Counted from the stretch's first letter, positions 9,355-19,194 are shown. The stretch: DNA of 64,000 nucleotides from an uncultured Candidatus Saccharibacteria bacterium (GCA_964648765.1 CAZYLF010000001.1:480632-544631), one strand, 5' to 3'. Program-made: numbers and translations. Notes: generated by a model from the letters alone, not told the origin.

Positions 9355-10824
9355 ATGGCATCATTAGAGGAAATTAGGGAGGAACGTTTAAAAAAAATAA
9401 ACAAGCTTCGTGAAGAAGGTGTGGAGGTGTACCCAGCGGAATCAAATTATACCCACACTTTACTTGAGGCCAGTGAAGATTTTGAAAGTTTGAGTGAGAC
9501 CAAGGAGGTTCTCACGCTTGCGGGCAGAGTTATAGCCAAGCGCGGGCAGGGGGCGGTAAGTTTTTTGGATCTTAAAGATGGTACTGGTAAACTCCAGGCG
9601 CTTTTTCATCGTGAAAAAATTACCGAGAAAAATTGGAATCAATTTCAAGAGTCTTTGGATGTGGGAGACTTTGTGGAAGTGAAGGGATTTTTATTCAAAA
9701 CTAAAAGTGAGGAGAAAACAGTGGAGGTAAGTGAGTGGAGGATGCTAGCTAAAAGTTTGCGACCATTACCAGACAAATGGCATGGACTTAAAGATACAGA
9801 GGAGCGATTCCGCCGTCGCTATCTCGACTCCCTAATGGACGACGAGGTTAAGAATAGATTTATTTTGCGTTCTCGCTTAATTGCGGGTTTTAGAACAATG
9901 CTTGATAAAGCTGGTTACCTGGAAGTAGAAACGCCGGTTCTTCAAAATTTACCTGGCGGCGCTAGTGCTTTGCCATTTATTACGCATCACAATGCGCTTG
10001 ATATTGATTTATACTTGCGGATTTCACCAGAACTTTATTTAAAGAAAATGTTGGTGGGTGGCTTTGACCGAGTGTATGAGTTTGCAAGGGATTTTAGAAA
10101 TGAGGGGATTGATGTGACGCATAATCCGGAGTTTACGGTGCTTGAGTATTATGAGACTTACAGTGATGCCACTAAGCAGATGGCGTTTGTGGAGAAGTTA
10201 TTTAAAGGGATTTTAAAGTCCTTAGATTTAAAGTCTGTGGTCACCTATGGCGAACATCAGATTAATTTTAAACCAAAGTTTAAAGTAGTCACATATTTTG
10301 ACTTACTTAAAAAACACGCATTAATAAATGATCCAGGTAAAATTGAGGTAAAGGATTTGGCTTTAAAAGCTTCGCAGTTGGGTATTAAGCTTGAGGGTAA
10401 TGAGGCCAAGGAAGTGCTTTTTGATCTGATTTATAAAAAAGTTTGCCGACCAAAGTTAGTTGAACCAACATTTGTCACAGATTATCCTAAAGATTATTTG
10501 CCGTTAGCAAAAGCTAAACCAGAGAATCCGGAATTGGTGGACGCCTTCCAACTTATTGTGGGAGGAGTGGAGCTGGTGAAAGCCTTTTCAGAACTTAATG
10601 ATCCGCTTGATCAACGTGAGCGCTTTGCCGCTCAGGAGAAGCAGAAGGCCGAAGGTAATGCCGAAGCTCAACCTAATGATGAAGACTTTTTAGAGGCGCT
10701 TGAATATGGCATGCCACCAGCCGGCGGCGTGGGTATTGGGATTGATCGCTTAGTGATGCTACTTACTAACACGCACAACATCCGCGAAGTTATCTACTTC
10801 CCAACTCTCAGGCCAAAGCAATAG
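9355..10824 (+). CDS. lysS: Lysine-tRNA ligase (class II)
   Basis: FRNEGIDVTHNPEF and YGMPPAGGVGIGIDRL motifs. Confidence 0.97.
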   Translation: MASLEEIREERLKKINKLREEGVEVYPAESNYTHTLLEASEDFESLSETKEVLTLAGRVIAKRGQGAVSFLDLKDGTGKLQALFHREKITEKNWNQFQESLDVGDFVEVKGFLFKTKSEEKTVEVSEWRMLAKSLRPLPDKWHGLKDTEERFRRRYLDSLMDDEVKNRFILRSRLIAGFRTMLDKAGYLEVETPVLQNLPGGASALPFITHHNALDIDLYLRISPELYLKKMLVGGFDRVYEFARDFRNEGIDVTHNPEFTVLEYYETYSDATKQMAFVEKLFKGILKSLDLKSVVTYGEHQINFKPKFKVVTYFDLLKKHALINDPGKIEVKDLALKASQLGIKLEGNEAKEVLFDLIYKKVCRPKLVEPTFVTDYPKDYLPLAKAKPENPELVDAFQLIVGGVELVKAFSELNDPLDQRERFAAQEKQKAEGNAEAQPNDEDFLEALEYGMPPAGGVGIGIDRLVMLLTNTHNIREVIYFPTLRPKQ

Positions 10825-10906
10825 TATTTACAAACTCAATTTTTATGATAGTTTAAATTTGGTGTTTTGAGTAAATTTGTTCATTTTATGAAAGGTGAGG
10901 TGCGGT

Positions 10907-11635
10907 ATGTTTCAAAGATTTACTGATCGAGCAAATAAGGTCATGATGTTGGCGAACCAGGAGGCGCTACGCTTAGGTTCTAATCTTATACACACAGAGC
11001 ATGTACTGCTTGGTATTGCCAAAGAGGGAGGAGGTTTTGGCGCTCAAATACTCAGTAGTTTTGAAAGTGATTATAGTACCCTACGCGGTTTTGTGGAAAA
11101 GAGAACGCCACCTAAACCTGAGTCTGGCTATATGGGTAGGCTAGCACTTACTGCTCGAGCAATAAGGGTGATCGAATTTGCAACAAAAGTAGCATCAGTT
11201 GATAACGATGGTTATGTTGCTACTCACCACTTATTACTTGGATTGCTTCAGGAAAAGGATGGCACAGCAAGAGAGGTTATATTCGAAGATCTTAGAATCA
11301 CTCTGGAAGCTGTAACGGAAAAAATAAATTCTCTTGTTACTGAGCCGATTGATGAGGGGTTGAGAAGGGCGATTGAAGGTCTTGAAATTGATTTCCCAGT
11401 CACAATTAAACCTAAGTATGGTCCGGAGCAGGTAAAGACTTTCGGACCAGGTGTGCCTGAAGTTGAACCAAGAATTGAAGACCAGATAAATCTTTGGTTG
11501 GCTGAAAATGCAAACATGAAAGTTCTGGAGTTCACCGCGTTTCATTATGATGGTCGTGGTTTGATGGTAATTTACCGCTATCGTGCGCCCGAAAATCCAA
11601 AGTCAGTTGAGTGGAAGGAAAAAGAACCAACTTAG
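10907..11635 (+). CDS. Clp N-terminal (repeat) domain protein without AAA module (accessory cassette)
   Basis: MFQRFTDRANKVMMLANQEA..HTEHVLLG and second repeat THHLLLGLL; no Walker motifs; SD AAAGGTGAGG. Confidence 0.85.
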   Translation: MFQRFTDRANKVMMLANQEALRLGSNLIHTEHVLLGIAKEGGGFGAQILSSFESDYSTLRGFVEKRTPPKPESGYMGRLALTARAIRVIEFATKVASVDNDGYVATHHLLLGLLQEKDGTAREVIFEDLRITLEAVTEKINSLVTEPIDEGLRRAIEGLEIDFPVTIKPKYGPEQVKTFGPGVPEVEPRIEDQINLWLAENANMKVLEFTAFHYDGRGLMVIYRYRAPENPKSVEWKEKEPT

Positions 11636-11665
11636 TTTTGAGGGAAAAAACTAGAAATCAGCACT

Positions 11666-11697
11666 ACCCTGTACCGTACGGTACAGGGTTTTTTGTT
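11666..11697 (+). terminator. Terminator, perfect 24-bp palindrome
   Basis: accctgtaccgtacggtacagggt followed by a T-run. Confidence 0.8.
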
Positions 11698-11770
11698 GTG
11701 GATAAGTCTGTTGCAGGGTGGGAGAGAGTAGCATAAAATGTAAGAGTAGTGGGGCAAAGTGGCAAATAAG
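11697..11770 (+). promoter_or_regulatory. mraZ upstream region: DnaA box plus GTGG(G) repeats (MraZ-binding-like)
   Basis: TGTGGATAA at 11697-11705; gtgggag, gtggggc, gtggc repeats, the last two 10 nt apart. Confidence 0.55.
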
Positions 11771-11787
11771 TTTTTTCTCTCCAACCA

Positions 11788-12222
11788 ATGCTAATTGGCG
11801 AATATCGACACACGATTGACGACAAAAAACGACTTTCGGTGCCGTCGGTGTTTCGTACCGAGTTGAAACAAAAAATTGTTATCACTCGTGGCTTGGATAA
11901 TTGTCTCTTTGTTTACCCTCTGCCAGCCTGGAAGCAGGTAGCAGAAAAACTCTCGCAACTATCAATGGGTACAGTAGACTCTCGAAGCTTTAATCGCTTT
12001 ATGCTTTCTGGCGCTGTGGAAGTAGAGCTAGACAGCATGGGCCGCATCTTGATCCCAGACTTCTTAAAAAGTTTTGCAGGCTTAAAAGTAAAGGTGGTTA
12101 TCGCTGGTGTATACGATCGCTTAGAGATTTGGGATGAAAAGCGTTGGCTTGAAAACACAATGCGCGTGGAGAAGATGGCTGATAGCTTAGCTCAAAAATT
12201 AGGTGAAGTTGGAGCAATATAA
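11788..12222 (+). CDS. mraZ: Transcriptional regulator MraZ
   Basis: GEYRHTIDDKKRL and DSMGRILIP motifs. Confidence 0.96.
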   Translation: MLIGEYRHTIDDKKRLSVPSVFRTELKQKIVITRGLDNCLFVYPLPAWKQVAEKLSQLSMGTVDSRSFNRFMLSGAVEVELDSMGRILIPDFLKSFAGLKVKVVIAGVYDRLEIWDEKRWLENTMRVEKMADSLAQKLGEVGAI

Positions 12223-12229
12223 AAAACTT

Positions 12230-13120
12230 ATGAGTCACGATCCAGTTCTTTTAAATGAAGTTTTAGTTGGCTTAAATCTTAGGTCTGGCGAAACATTTCT
12301 AGATGCCACACTCAATCGCGGTGGTCACTCAAAAAAGTTGGGTGAGGCACTTGAGGAAGGTGGACATCTTATCGGTATTGATGCTGATAGTGTGGCGCTA
12401 GGTGAAGCCAAAGAGAATTTGAGTAAGCTTAAATGCAAGAAAGATTTTTTACTTGGTAATTTCCGAAATCTCAAAAGCTTACTTAATATAGTTGGTGTTA
12501 ATAAAATTGACGCCGCACTCTTTGACCTTGGTTTAAGCTCACAGCAGTTAGCTGAAGGCGAGAGGGGATTCTCATTCCAACTTAATGGACCACTTAAGAT
12601 GACGTTGGGGCGAGAGGCGAGTGACGGGCTAACAGCCGAAGAAATTATAAATAATTGGGATGAAGAAAATCTGATCACAATTATTAAAAATTACGGCGAA
12701 GAAACATTCGCCAACTCAATTGCCCGAGCAATTGTGGATCATCGTAAATTAAAAGAGCTTAAAACTACTTTTGATTTAGTTGAAGTGATCCGAAGTGCGG
12801 TACCACATTGGTACCAAAAAAGAAGAATGCATTTTGCAACTAAAACATTTCAAGCTCTCCGGATGACAGTTAATGATGAACTCCGAACGCTTAGAGATGG
12901 GATGGAGGGCGCATGGGAGTTACTTACCTCGGGTGGCAGGTTAGCAGTAATAAGCTTTCACGGACTTGAAGCCAAAACAACCAAAATATTTTTTAAAGAA
13001 AAGGAGGCAAATGGTGAGGGTAGACAAACTCCTCGCAAAGCCATAAAGCCAACTCGAGAAGAAGTTATAAGCAATCCGCGCTCACGCAGTGCAAATTTAA
13101 GAATCCTAATAAAATCATGA
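12230..13120 (+). CDS. rsmH: 16S rRNA m4C1402 methyltransferase
   Basis: HDPVLLNE, DLGLSSQQL, NPRSRSA motifs. Confidence 0.96.
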   Translation: MSHDPVLLNEVLVGLNLRSGETFLDATLNRGGHSKKLGEALEEGGHLIGIDADSVALGEAKENLSKLKCKKDFLLGNFRNLKSLLNIVGVNKIDAALFDLGLSSQQLAEGERGFSFQLNGPLKMTLGREASDGLTAEEIINNWDEENLITIIKNYGEETFANSIARAIVDHRKLKELKTTFDLVEVIRSAVPHWYQKRRMHFATKTFQALRMTVNDELRTLRDGMEGAWELLTSGGRLAVISFHGLEAKTTKIFFKEKEANGEGRQTPRKAIKPTREEVISNPRSRSANLRILIKS

Positions 13121-13443
13121 AACGTAACAGCACACAAACAATTGAATTAAGACATAACCAGCTATTGGGGTTATTGTTCATCACTATAACTTTGGTAGTT
13201 TTGTATTTAGGATTTCTCGGAAAAGTTGTGACGATTACGGTGGCACGCCAAGAGTCACTCAAAAGCGTATCTAACCTTGAACCTAAAATTGCCGAACTAG
13301 AGTCACAATATTTAGCATTAACCTCGGCCATTGATCTTGATGTGGCAGCAAGTTTAGGCTACTTACCCTCTACAAATGAAGTAATATTTGCCTCTCTCGA
13401 ACGTGAGAATTTGGCTTTAAATCTCAACAATAATGAAATCTAG
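13117..13443 (+). CDS. ftsL: FtsL-like cell division protein
   Basis: Single TM plus coiled coil between rsmH and ftsI. Confidence 0.6.
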   Translation: MKRNSTQTIELRHNQLLGLLFITITLVVLYLGFLGKVVTITVARQESLKSVSNLEPKIAELESQYLALTSAIDLDVAASLGYLPSTNEVIFASLERENLALNLNNNEI

Positions 13444-15139
13444 CAGCCAGTGGCGATTGCGGTTTATCGCAATCATTATTCTTATTGGTGGAGTTGCTCT
13501 AATCTCAAAATTATTTTTTATAACTGTTGTGAGGGGTGAGCATTACGCAGATGAGGCTTCTCTCCAGCTTACTGGTGGGAGGAGCTATTTTAATCGTGGT
13601 TCAATTTTTTTTACTGAAAAAAATGGTAATTTGGTATCTGCCGCCACACTTCAGAGTGGTTACACTTTGGCCATCAACCCCACTTTTGTGCAAGACAAAG
13701 AAGAGTTATATGAAGCGCTATCGAAAATTGTAACTTTAGATCAGGAGTCATTTTTTAATAAAGCAAACAAAGCAAATGATCCATATGAGGAGTTGATCGC
13801 TCGCATTGATGAAGACACTGCAACTAAAATTAAGGAGCTAAAAATCTCTGGTGTGATTTTGGTGCCAGTCCGGACGCGCTTTTATCCAGGCGCGGATCAA
13901 GCGTCCCATGCTATTGGATTTATGGGTTATAAAGGTGAGGAGTTTGGTGGATTATATGGTCTTGAGAGGCAATATGATGAGGTGCTTAAGCGCAAACCCT
14001 CACTATCTTTTTCAGACTTTTTTGCACAACTTTTCGCCGGAGTTACTCATGGTGCACTTAGTGCTGGGGTGGCAGGTGAGGGGGACATCGTGACGACGAT
14101 TGAACCCTCGGTGGAAAGTTATGTGGAGAATGAGTTAAAGAGTCTGTTTGAAAAATGGAAGCCTAAACAGATTGGCGCAATTATTATGGATCCGCAAACA
14201 GGGGCAATAAAAGCCATGGCTGCATTGCCTACCTTTGACCCTGGCGCCAAACAAACGGACCTGAATATCTTAAAAAATCCACTGGTGGAAAATATTTATG
14301 AAATGGGTTCTGTTGTAAAACCGCTTACTATAGCTGCGGCAATAGATGGTGGGGCAATTACTTCTAAAACAAAATATGTAGATAATGGATCCCTCACAAT
14401 TGCAGACAGAAAAATTAGTAACTTTGATGGTAAGGCGCGAGGCGAGGTAACGTTTCAAGAAGTATTAAATCAGTCACTAAATACTGGCGCCGTGGAGGCA
14501 ATGCGAAGGTTGGGTCAGGTAGAGTTCCAGAATTATTTTTTTGCTCTTGGTTTAGAAGATAAAACTGGAATTGATTTACCTAATGAGGCAAAGGGTCTGT
14601 TAAAAAATCTAGATAGCGGGAGAGAAGTGGAGTTTGCCACCGCCTCATTTGGCCAAGGGATTGCCATTACTCCACTTGCTATTACCAGAGCCTTTGCTGC
14701 GCTCGCAAACGGTGGGTATTTAGTGACCCCTCACTTAGTGCAAAAAATAAATTATGACTCGCAGCTTAGTGATGACGTTACTCCAGAAAAGGGGAGGCAA
14801 GTTTTAAAAAAAGAAACCAGTGATGAAATTACCAAAATGCTCGTTGAAGTAGTAGACACAAGCTTGCTGAATGGTAAGGCAAAGAATGAGCATTATAGTG
14901 TCGCAGCAAAAACTGGAACAGCTCAGCTGGTTGCTAGCGGAGGCGGAGGCGGTTATTATAAGGATAGGCATCTCCATTCCTTTTTTGGTTACTTTCCGGC
15001 CTCTAAACCTGAGTATCTGATATTTATGTATATGGAGGACCCACAAAATGTGACCTATGCCTCACAAACTTTGGCTGACCCGTTTGTGCGTATTGTGAAC
15101 TTTTTGATCAATTATTATCAAATTCCTCCAGACCGCTAA
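13433..15139 (+). CDS. ftsI: Division transpeptidase PBP3
   Basis: GSVVK, SLN, KTG motifs; dcw context. Confidence 0.9.
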   Translation: MKSSSQWRLRFIAIIILIGGVALISKLFFITVVRGEHYADEASLQLTGGRSYFNRGSIFFTEKNGNLVSAATLQSGYTLAINPTFVQDKEELYEALSKIVTLDQESFFNKANKANDPYEELIARIDEDTATKIKELKISGVILVPVRTRFYPGADQASHAIGFMGYKGEEFGGLYGLERQYDEVLKRKPSLSFSDFFAQLFAGVTHGALSAGVAGEGDIVTTIEPSVESYVENELKSLFEKWKPKQIGAIIMDPQTGAIKAMAALPTFDPGAKQTDLNILKNPLVENIYEMGSVVKPLTIAAAIDGGAITSKTKYVDNGSLTIADRKISNFDGKARGEVTFQEVLNQSLNTGAVEAMRRLGQVEFQNYFFALGLEDKTGIDLPNEAKGLLKNLDSGREVEFATASFGQGIAITPLAITRAFAALANGGYLVTPHLVQKINYDSQLSDDVTPEKGRQVLKKETSDEITKMLVEVVDTSLLNGKAKNEHYSVAAKTGTAQLVASGGGGGYYKDRHLHSFFGYFPASKPEYLIFMYMEDPQNVTYASQTLADPFVRIVNFLINYYQIPPDR

Positions 15140-15145
15140 TTGCGA

Positions 15146-16444
15146 ATGTCCAAAAATTTAATTAAAAAAACCCTAGTATCTTTACTTGCGCTTGAGGCGC
15201 GTTTGGTGGTGCGTAAATACAAACCAAAAATCATTGGTGTTACTGGTAGCGTGGGCAAAACAATGGTTAAGGATGCGATTTTTGAAGTACTTAAAGATCT
15301 ACCCGGGGGAGTGGGCAAGAGCCAAAAGAGTTTTAATAGCGAGTTTGGTGTGCCTCTTAGTATTTTGCGAGTTGATAATCCCTGGGGCAGTGCGCTCGGC
15401 TGGTTAAAAAATTTAATTGAGGGTTTGGCTTTAATTATTTTCCGCTATCCATATCCAAAATGTTTGGTGCTTGAAATTGGCGTAGACAGGCCAGGCGATA
15501 TGCTGCGCACTTTGCGGGGGATCAAACTCGACGTGGCGGTAATTACCCGACTGCCCGACCTCCCGGTGCATGTGGAATATTTTAAAAGTAAGGAGGCGGT
15601 AATTGCAGAAAAATTAAAAATTATAAAAACTTTAAAACCATCTGGATATGTGGTGGCTAATGGTGATGATGAAAAGATCTGTGCTGGGTTAAAAGAGACA
15701 AGTAAAAAAGTTTTGTATTATGGTTTTAATGAGGGTGCGGATTATCTGCTTAGTAACGAGCATTTAATTTATGATGAGAATACTTATTGGCCAATGGGCA
15801 TGACGTTTAAGATTAATTATAAAGGCAATAGTTTGCCAGTGAGGGCAAAAGTTTATAGCAAAGAGCATGTTTTAGGACTTGCTCCAGCTTTAGTGCTGGC
15901 GGGCGAAAGTAATATGGAAATGTTGAAGGCGATCGATGCGATAGATAATTACCATCTGCCACCTGGACGCTTGCAGCCGCACAAGGGTAATAAAGATTCA
16001 ATTATTTTTGATGACACTTATAACTCGTCACCAGCGGCTTTAGAATCGGCTTTAACTATGCTTAGTAATTTACGTGTTTTGGGTCGGAGGATTGTGGTGC
16101 TTGGCGACATGATGGAGCTTGGGACTTATACCATGGAGGCACATCAAAATGCAGGAATCATGGCGAGTAACGTTGCCAACATAATTATTGGTGTGGGGAT
16201 GAGGGCTAAATATATTGTGGATGAAGCAGTAAAGAAAAGATTTGGTAAACGTAAAACCGCGCACTTTATTGAGGCCCTGGAAGCGGGGAAATACTTAGAA
16301 CGACTTTTAAAACCAGGTGACGTGGTGCTGGTGAAAGGTTCGCAGTCAATGCGCATGGAGCGGATTGTGGAGGAGGTAATGGCAGAACCTGCGCGCGCGC
16401 CAGAGCTCCTTTGTCGGCAAGAAGCAGAGTGGAAGAAGAGATAA
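15146..16444 (+). CDS. murF: UDP-MurNAc-tripeptide:D-Ala-D-Ala ligase
   Basis: GVTGSVGKT, DDTYNSSP, LGDMMELG, VLVKGSQ motifs. Confidence 0.9.
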   Translation: MSKNLIKKTLVSLLALEARLVVRKYKPKIIGVTGSVGKTMVKDAIFEVLKDLPGGVGKSQKSFNSEFGVPLSILRVDNPWGSALGWLKNLIEGLALIIFRYPYPKCLVLEIGVDRPGDMLRTLRGIKLDVAVITRLPDLPVHVEYFKSKEAVIAEKLKIIKTLKPSGYVVANGDDEKICAGLKETSKKVLYYGFNEGADYLLSNEHLIYDENTYWPMGMTFKINYKGNSLPVRAKVYSKEHVLGLAPALVLAGESNMEMLKAIDAIDNYHLPPGRLQPHKGNKDSIIFDDTYNSSPAALESALTMLSNLRVLGRRIVVLGDMMELGTYTMEAHQNAGIMASNVANIIIGVGMRAKYIVDEAVKKRFGKRKTAHFIEALEAGKYLERLLKPGDVVLVKGSQSMRMERIVEEVMAEPARAPELLCRQEAEWKKR

Positions 16445-16450
16445 TTTGAA

Positions 16451-16479
16451 TAAAAAAGCCACGCGATGTTTTGCGTGGC
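16451..16479 (-). repeat. Repeated cassette terminator, copy 1
   Basis: A-run plus ccacgcgatgttttgcgtgg; also present at 17062 and 18383. Confidence 0.9.
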
Positions 16480-16506
16480 AGTGTAAACTTACCGAAGTAA
16501 GCCGAG

Positions 16507-16950
16507 CTACTTGATCCAACCTTTCTGACGTCCCTCTGCGAGCACGGCACCATGTACATCTCGTGCCCTGTCCAGTTTCTCTTTTGAGCGCTCCCGCTCT
16601 TTCTTCCAAGCCTCCTTTTCTTTTCTGTCAGAGTGGTCGGTATAAAGTTCCAGTCTTTCAAGCGCCACCCCGGTGATAACTTTCTCAAAACCTTGACCGT
16701 GGCCACAACCGGGCTTCATGCACTCAACTTCTCCAGTGTTCATGTGCATTGAAAGAAATCCTGGCCAACCACATTTGCTGCATCTTTGGGGCAGGATTGG
16801 AATTTCAAACTCCACTAATGCAGCACCACCCTCAATTTTTTTGATTATGCCCACCCCAAGACCAGACCTCCCCGGTTTGATCTCGATTGGCTCCTTGGGT
16901 ATGACCTTTGTGCCCACCTTCATGACATTGGCGTTCAAATTCTTCGGCAT
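16507..16950 (-). CDS. Hypothetical protein with Zn-ribbon (CSKC..CMKPGC) (cassette)
   Basis: GAAAGGAG SD; promoter TTGACT-16-TAACGT at 17045-17018. Confidence 0.75.
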   Translation of the reverse strand: MPKNLNANVMKVGTKVIPKEPIEIKPGRSGLGVGIIKKIEGGAALVEFEIPILPQRCSKCGWPGFLSMHMNTGEVECMKPGCGHGQGFEKVITGVALERLELYTDHSDRKEKEAWKKERERSKEKLDRARDVHGAVLAEGRQKGWIK

Positions 16951-17061
16951 CTTTTGCTCCTTTCAGCGAGTTAATGAGCTATAATTTATGTTCTGACTCG
17001 TGCCAGACTCCAGTTAGACGTTAGCATATTTAGCGGAAAAGTCAAGCATAGTGAATATAAT

Positions 17062-17089
17062 AAAAAAACCACGCAATGTTTTGCGTGGC
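17062..17089 (-). repeat. Repeated cassette terminator, copy 2
   Basis: aaaaaaaccacgcaatgttttgcgtggc. Confidence 0.9.
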
Positions 17090-17106
17090 GGGGTATTTGA
17101 TGTTGC

Positions 17107-17469
17107 TTACGGGGCGCATGAGTTCTCATCGTAAGGAATGGGGACCATTATCACCAAGCGATATCTCCACTCACTTGATGGGCCGGTATCATCATCAGTG
17201 TGAAGTCTGTAGATCTTCATACCTATCGGTGGATCAATTAATCTCTTGTTAATTTGCACAATCAGTTTGTTTGCAACTTCCTTCAATATTCCCTCAAGAA
17301 GCTCCGCTCTTTTTGTTAGCTGATTGTTATTATTTCTCAAACGCTCAAGTACTATGCTTCGTGGTGTGATCCACCCTGTTCCCATGTTCATGACTGCGTC
17401 CCAGTCATCATTAGTTACGATTTCAGCGGACAGCTGAAGTGAACTGCTCCTGTGGTAATGCTTCTTCAT
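17107..17469 (-). CDS. Hypothetical protein (cassette)
   Basis: AAGGAG SD; promoter TTGACT-17-TAGTTT starting at ~17546. Confidence 0.7.
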   Translation of the reverse strand: MKKHYHRSSSLQLSAEIVTNDDWDAVMNMGTGWITPRSIVLERLRNNNNQLTKRAELLEGILKEVANKLIVQINKRLIDPPIGMKIYRLHTDDDTGPSSEWRYRLVIMVPIPYDENSCAP

Positions 17470-17547
17470 CTTATGACTCCTTAAGTAAGTATTTTGTCCA
17501 ATCCGAAACCAACCCTAAAACTAATCTATAATAACAGGGGAGTCAAA

Positions 17548-17599
17548 TAAAAAAAGAGCTGGTCAGTTTCTCCCGTGGGAGTTACTAAAACCAGCTCTT
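17548..17599 (-). terminator. Long bulged terminator hairpin
   Basis: aagagctggt...accagctctt arms with a U-run on the minus strand. Confidence 0.7.
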
Positions 17600-17610
17600 G
17601 TGATTAATTC

Positions 17611-18291
17611 TTAAACTTCTGAAGTTTCTTCTTCATCTTCGATCGCGTCTTCCTCGTCGTCATCCCACACATCAATGTAGTGAGCACGACCATCGCGGCA
17701 AACAAGAAGGAGGGAATGAAGAACTTCTCCCTTGCAAATATATTGCTCAATTGCAAAACCAACAGACGGCATCTCTTCTTTAATCTTGAGCGCCAGCGCT
17801 AAAACTCTAGAGGGGACGTAGCCATCGTAGGTTGCCAAGGCAATCATTTGCCACTTGCCTGGGTCCTTTTGTTTACGGCCGCTCAATAGGCCAAAACAAA
17901 TGATGGATAGAGCCAACCCAATTAGAAAGGTTGCACCGACCGTTATCGACACAAACCAACCCAGGATTGCCGGACCAAAGCAGAAAACGGCAACAAACAA
18001 AAGAGTGTAATCAACCACCACAAGAAGACGATCTAAGAAACTTGGTCTAACTTCACCACCAACTTGCGTTTGATACTTCCCAACTGATTCAACGGTGTAG
18101 GGGAGTACGTCGAGATACTGAAGTCCTTGTCGCAAGTAGGCGTCACTATTCTTGCTTTTCAAGGTGTCGTAACCAAGTTTCTCGGCAGCGTCCAAGGCAA
18201 AACTATTGCCTAGTTTACTACCTAAGTTTGCCAAATGGCCGTCCTCAGTTGGGACCATCCGTTCCAAGATACTCATATCGGGATCCATCAT
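17611..18291 (-). CDS. Hypothetical two-TM protein with acidic tail (cassette)
   Basis: GAAAGGAG SD; promoter TTGACT-17-TACTCT starting at ~18371. Confidence 0.75.
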   Translation of the reverse strand: MMDPDMSILERMVPTEDGHLANLGSKLGNSFALDAAEKLGYDTLKSKNSDAYLRQGLQYLDVLPYTVESVGKYQTQVGGEVRPSFLDRLLVVVDYTLLFVAVFCFGPAILGWFVSITVGATFLIGLALSIICFGLLSGRKQKDPGKWQMIALATYDGYVPSRVLALALKIKEEMPSVGFAIEQYICKGEVLHSLLLVCRDGRAHYIDVWDDDEEDAIEDEEETSEV

Positions 18292-18382
18292 TTTATCTCC
18301 TTTCCTTATCTCAATTTCGAATCAAAAAAACAATCTAGTCAAAGAGTAACGTATATTGTGCAGATAGTCAAATCCTTAGTAT

Positions 18383-18410
18383 AAAAAAACCACGCGATGT
18401 TTTGCGTGGT
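18383..18410 (-). repeat. Repeated cassette terminator, copy 3
   Basis: aaaaaaaccacgcgatgttttgcgtggt. Confidence 0.9.
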
Positions 18411-18441
18411 GAGTGAACTATTATTACGATTCGGAAGAATT

Positions 18442-18789
18442 TTATTTTGTTTGGAAGATCATCACATCTCTGCCGTCGGGATCTTTAAGATAGAAGAATC
18501 TCATGGTGTGAGAATCAAGTATGGTCGTTTGAGGCTCGACGCCAAGTTGCTTTACAGTTTGAAGTGTAGCTTCAAGTGAATCTACTTCAATCAAAATTGC
18601 ATCACCCGTAAAAGCTGGTGACAGAAGATAAATCTCTACTACACAATTTGGGGAAAGTGGACCAACTTCATGATGCTTTGGACCACCATGTGCGTGTTCA
18701 TGTGTCGTTAGTCCAAGACTTTCATAAAACTGAGCAGTTTCTCTTCGGTCTGCCGCCCTAAAAACTACACCAGCAATCCGTGTTGCCAT
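18442..18789 (-). CDS. VOC/glyoxalase-bleomycin resistance family protein (cassette)
   Basis: QFYESLGL..IEVDSL..FYLKDPDGRDV; SD GAAAGAGG; TTGACA promoter at ~18879. Confidence 0.85.
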   Translation of the reverse strand: MATRIAGVVFRAADRRETAQFYESLGLTTHEHAHGGPKHHEVGPLSPNCVVEIYLLSPAFTGDAILIEVDSLEATLQTVKQLGVEPQTTILDSHTMRFFYLKDPDGRDVMIFQTK

Positions 18790-18910
18790 AGTTGCCTCTT
18801 TCGGTAAAAAATTTAATTAGAACCTAAAGACCAAATTTTTGCACCGAGTTTAACATTACTAAACCCCAAAAAGTTGTCAATATTAATACAGTTCTTTATA
18901 CTTATTAATC

Positions 18911-19189
18911 ATGTCAGAATCTATCGAGCAACCTGAACTAATCTTGGAGCAAGGTTTAATTGATCAAGTTAGAGAGGCTTGGGCCGAGCGTATGGAAGAG
19001 ATTTATACTGATCCAAATACCCAAACTCCGCTCACCGAAGATCGTGTCGCTTTTATCGAAAAAATCAGGGGTGGTGAAAAAATTAACTGGAATACTTGGG
19101 AAGGGGATGCTTTGGTCAATTTGCCAATCATGCGGCGTTTACCAATCGACCAGATAGAGGCCTTAAGAAACTTGCTTTTGCACTTCTGA
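18911..19189 (+). CDS. Hypothetical protein
   Basis: 92-aa ORF; TATACT -10 box just upstream (leaderless-type start). Confidence 0.65.
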   Translation: MSESIEQPELILEQGLIDQVREAWAERMEEIYTDPNTQTPLTEDRVAFIEKIRGGEKINWNTWEGDALVNLPIMRRLPIDQIEALRNLLLHF

Positions 19190-19194
19190 TATTG

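Noticed and set aside
16451-18410. CRISPR array or classical attC sites
   Set aside because: Repeats are 600-1300 bp apart with whole genes between them; no cas gene or integrase; no clear RYYYAAC/GTTRRRY boxes.
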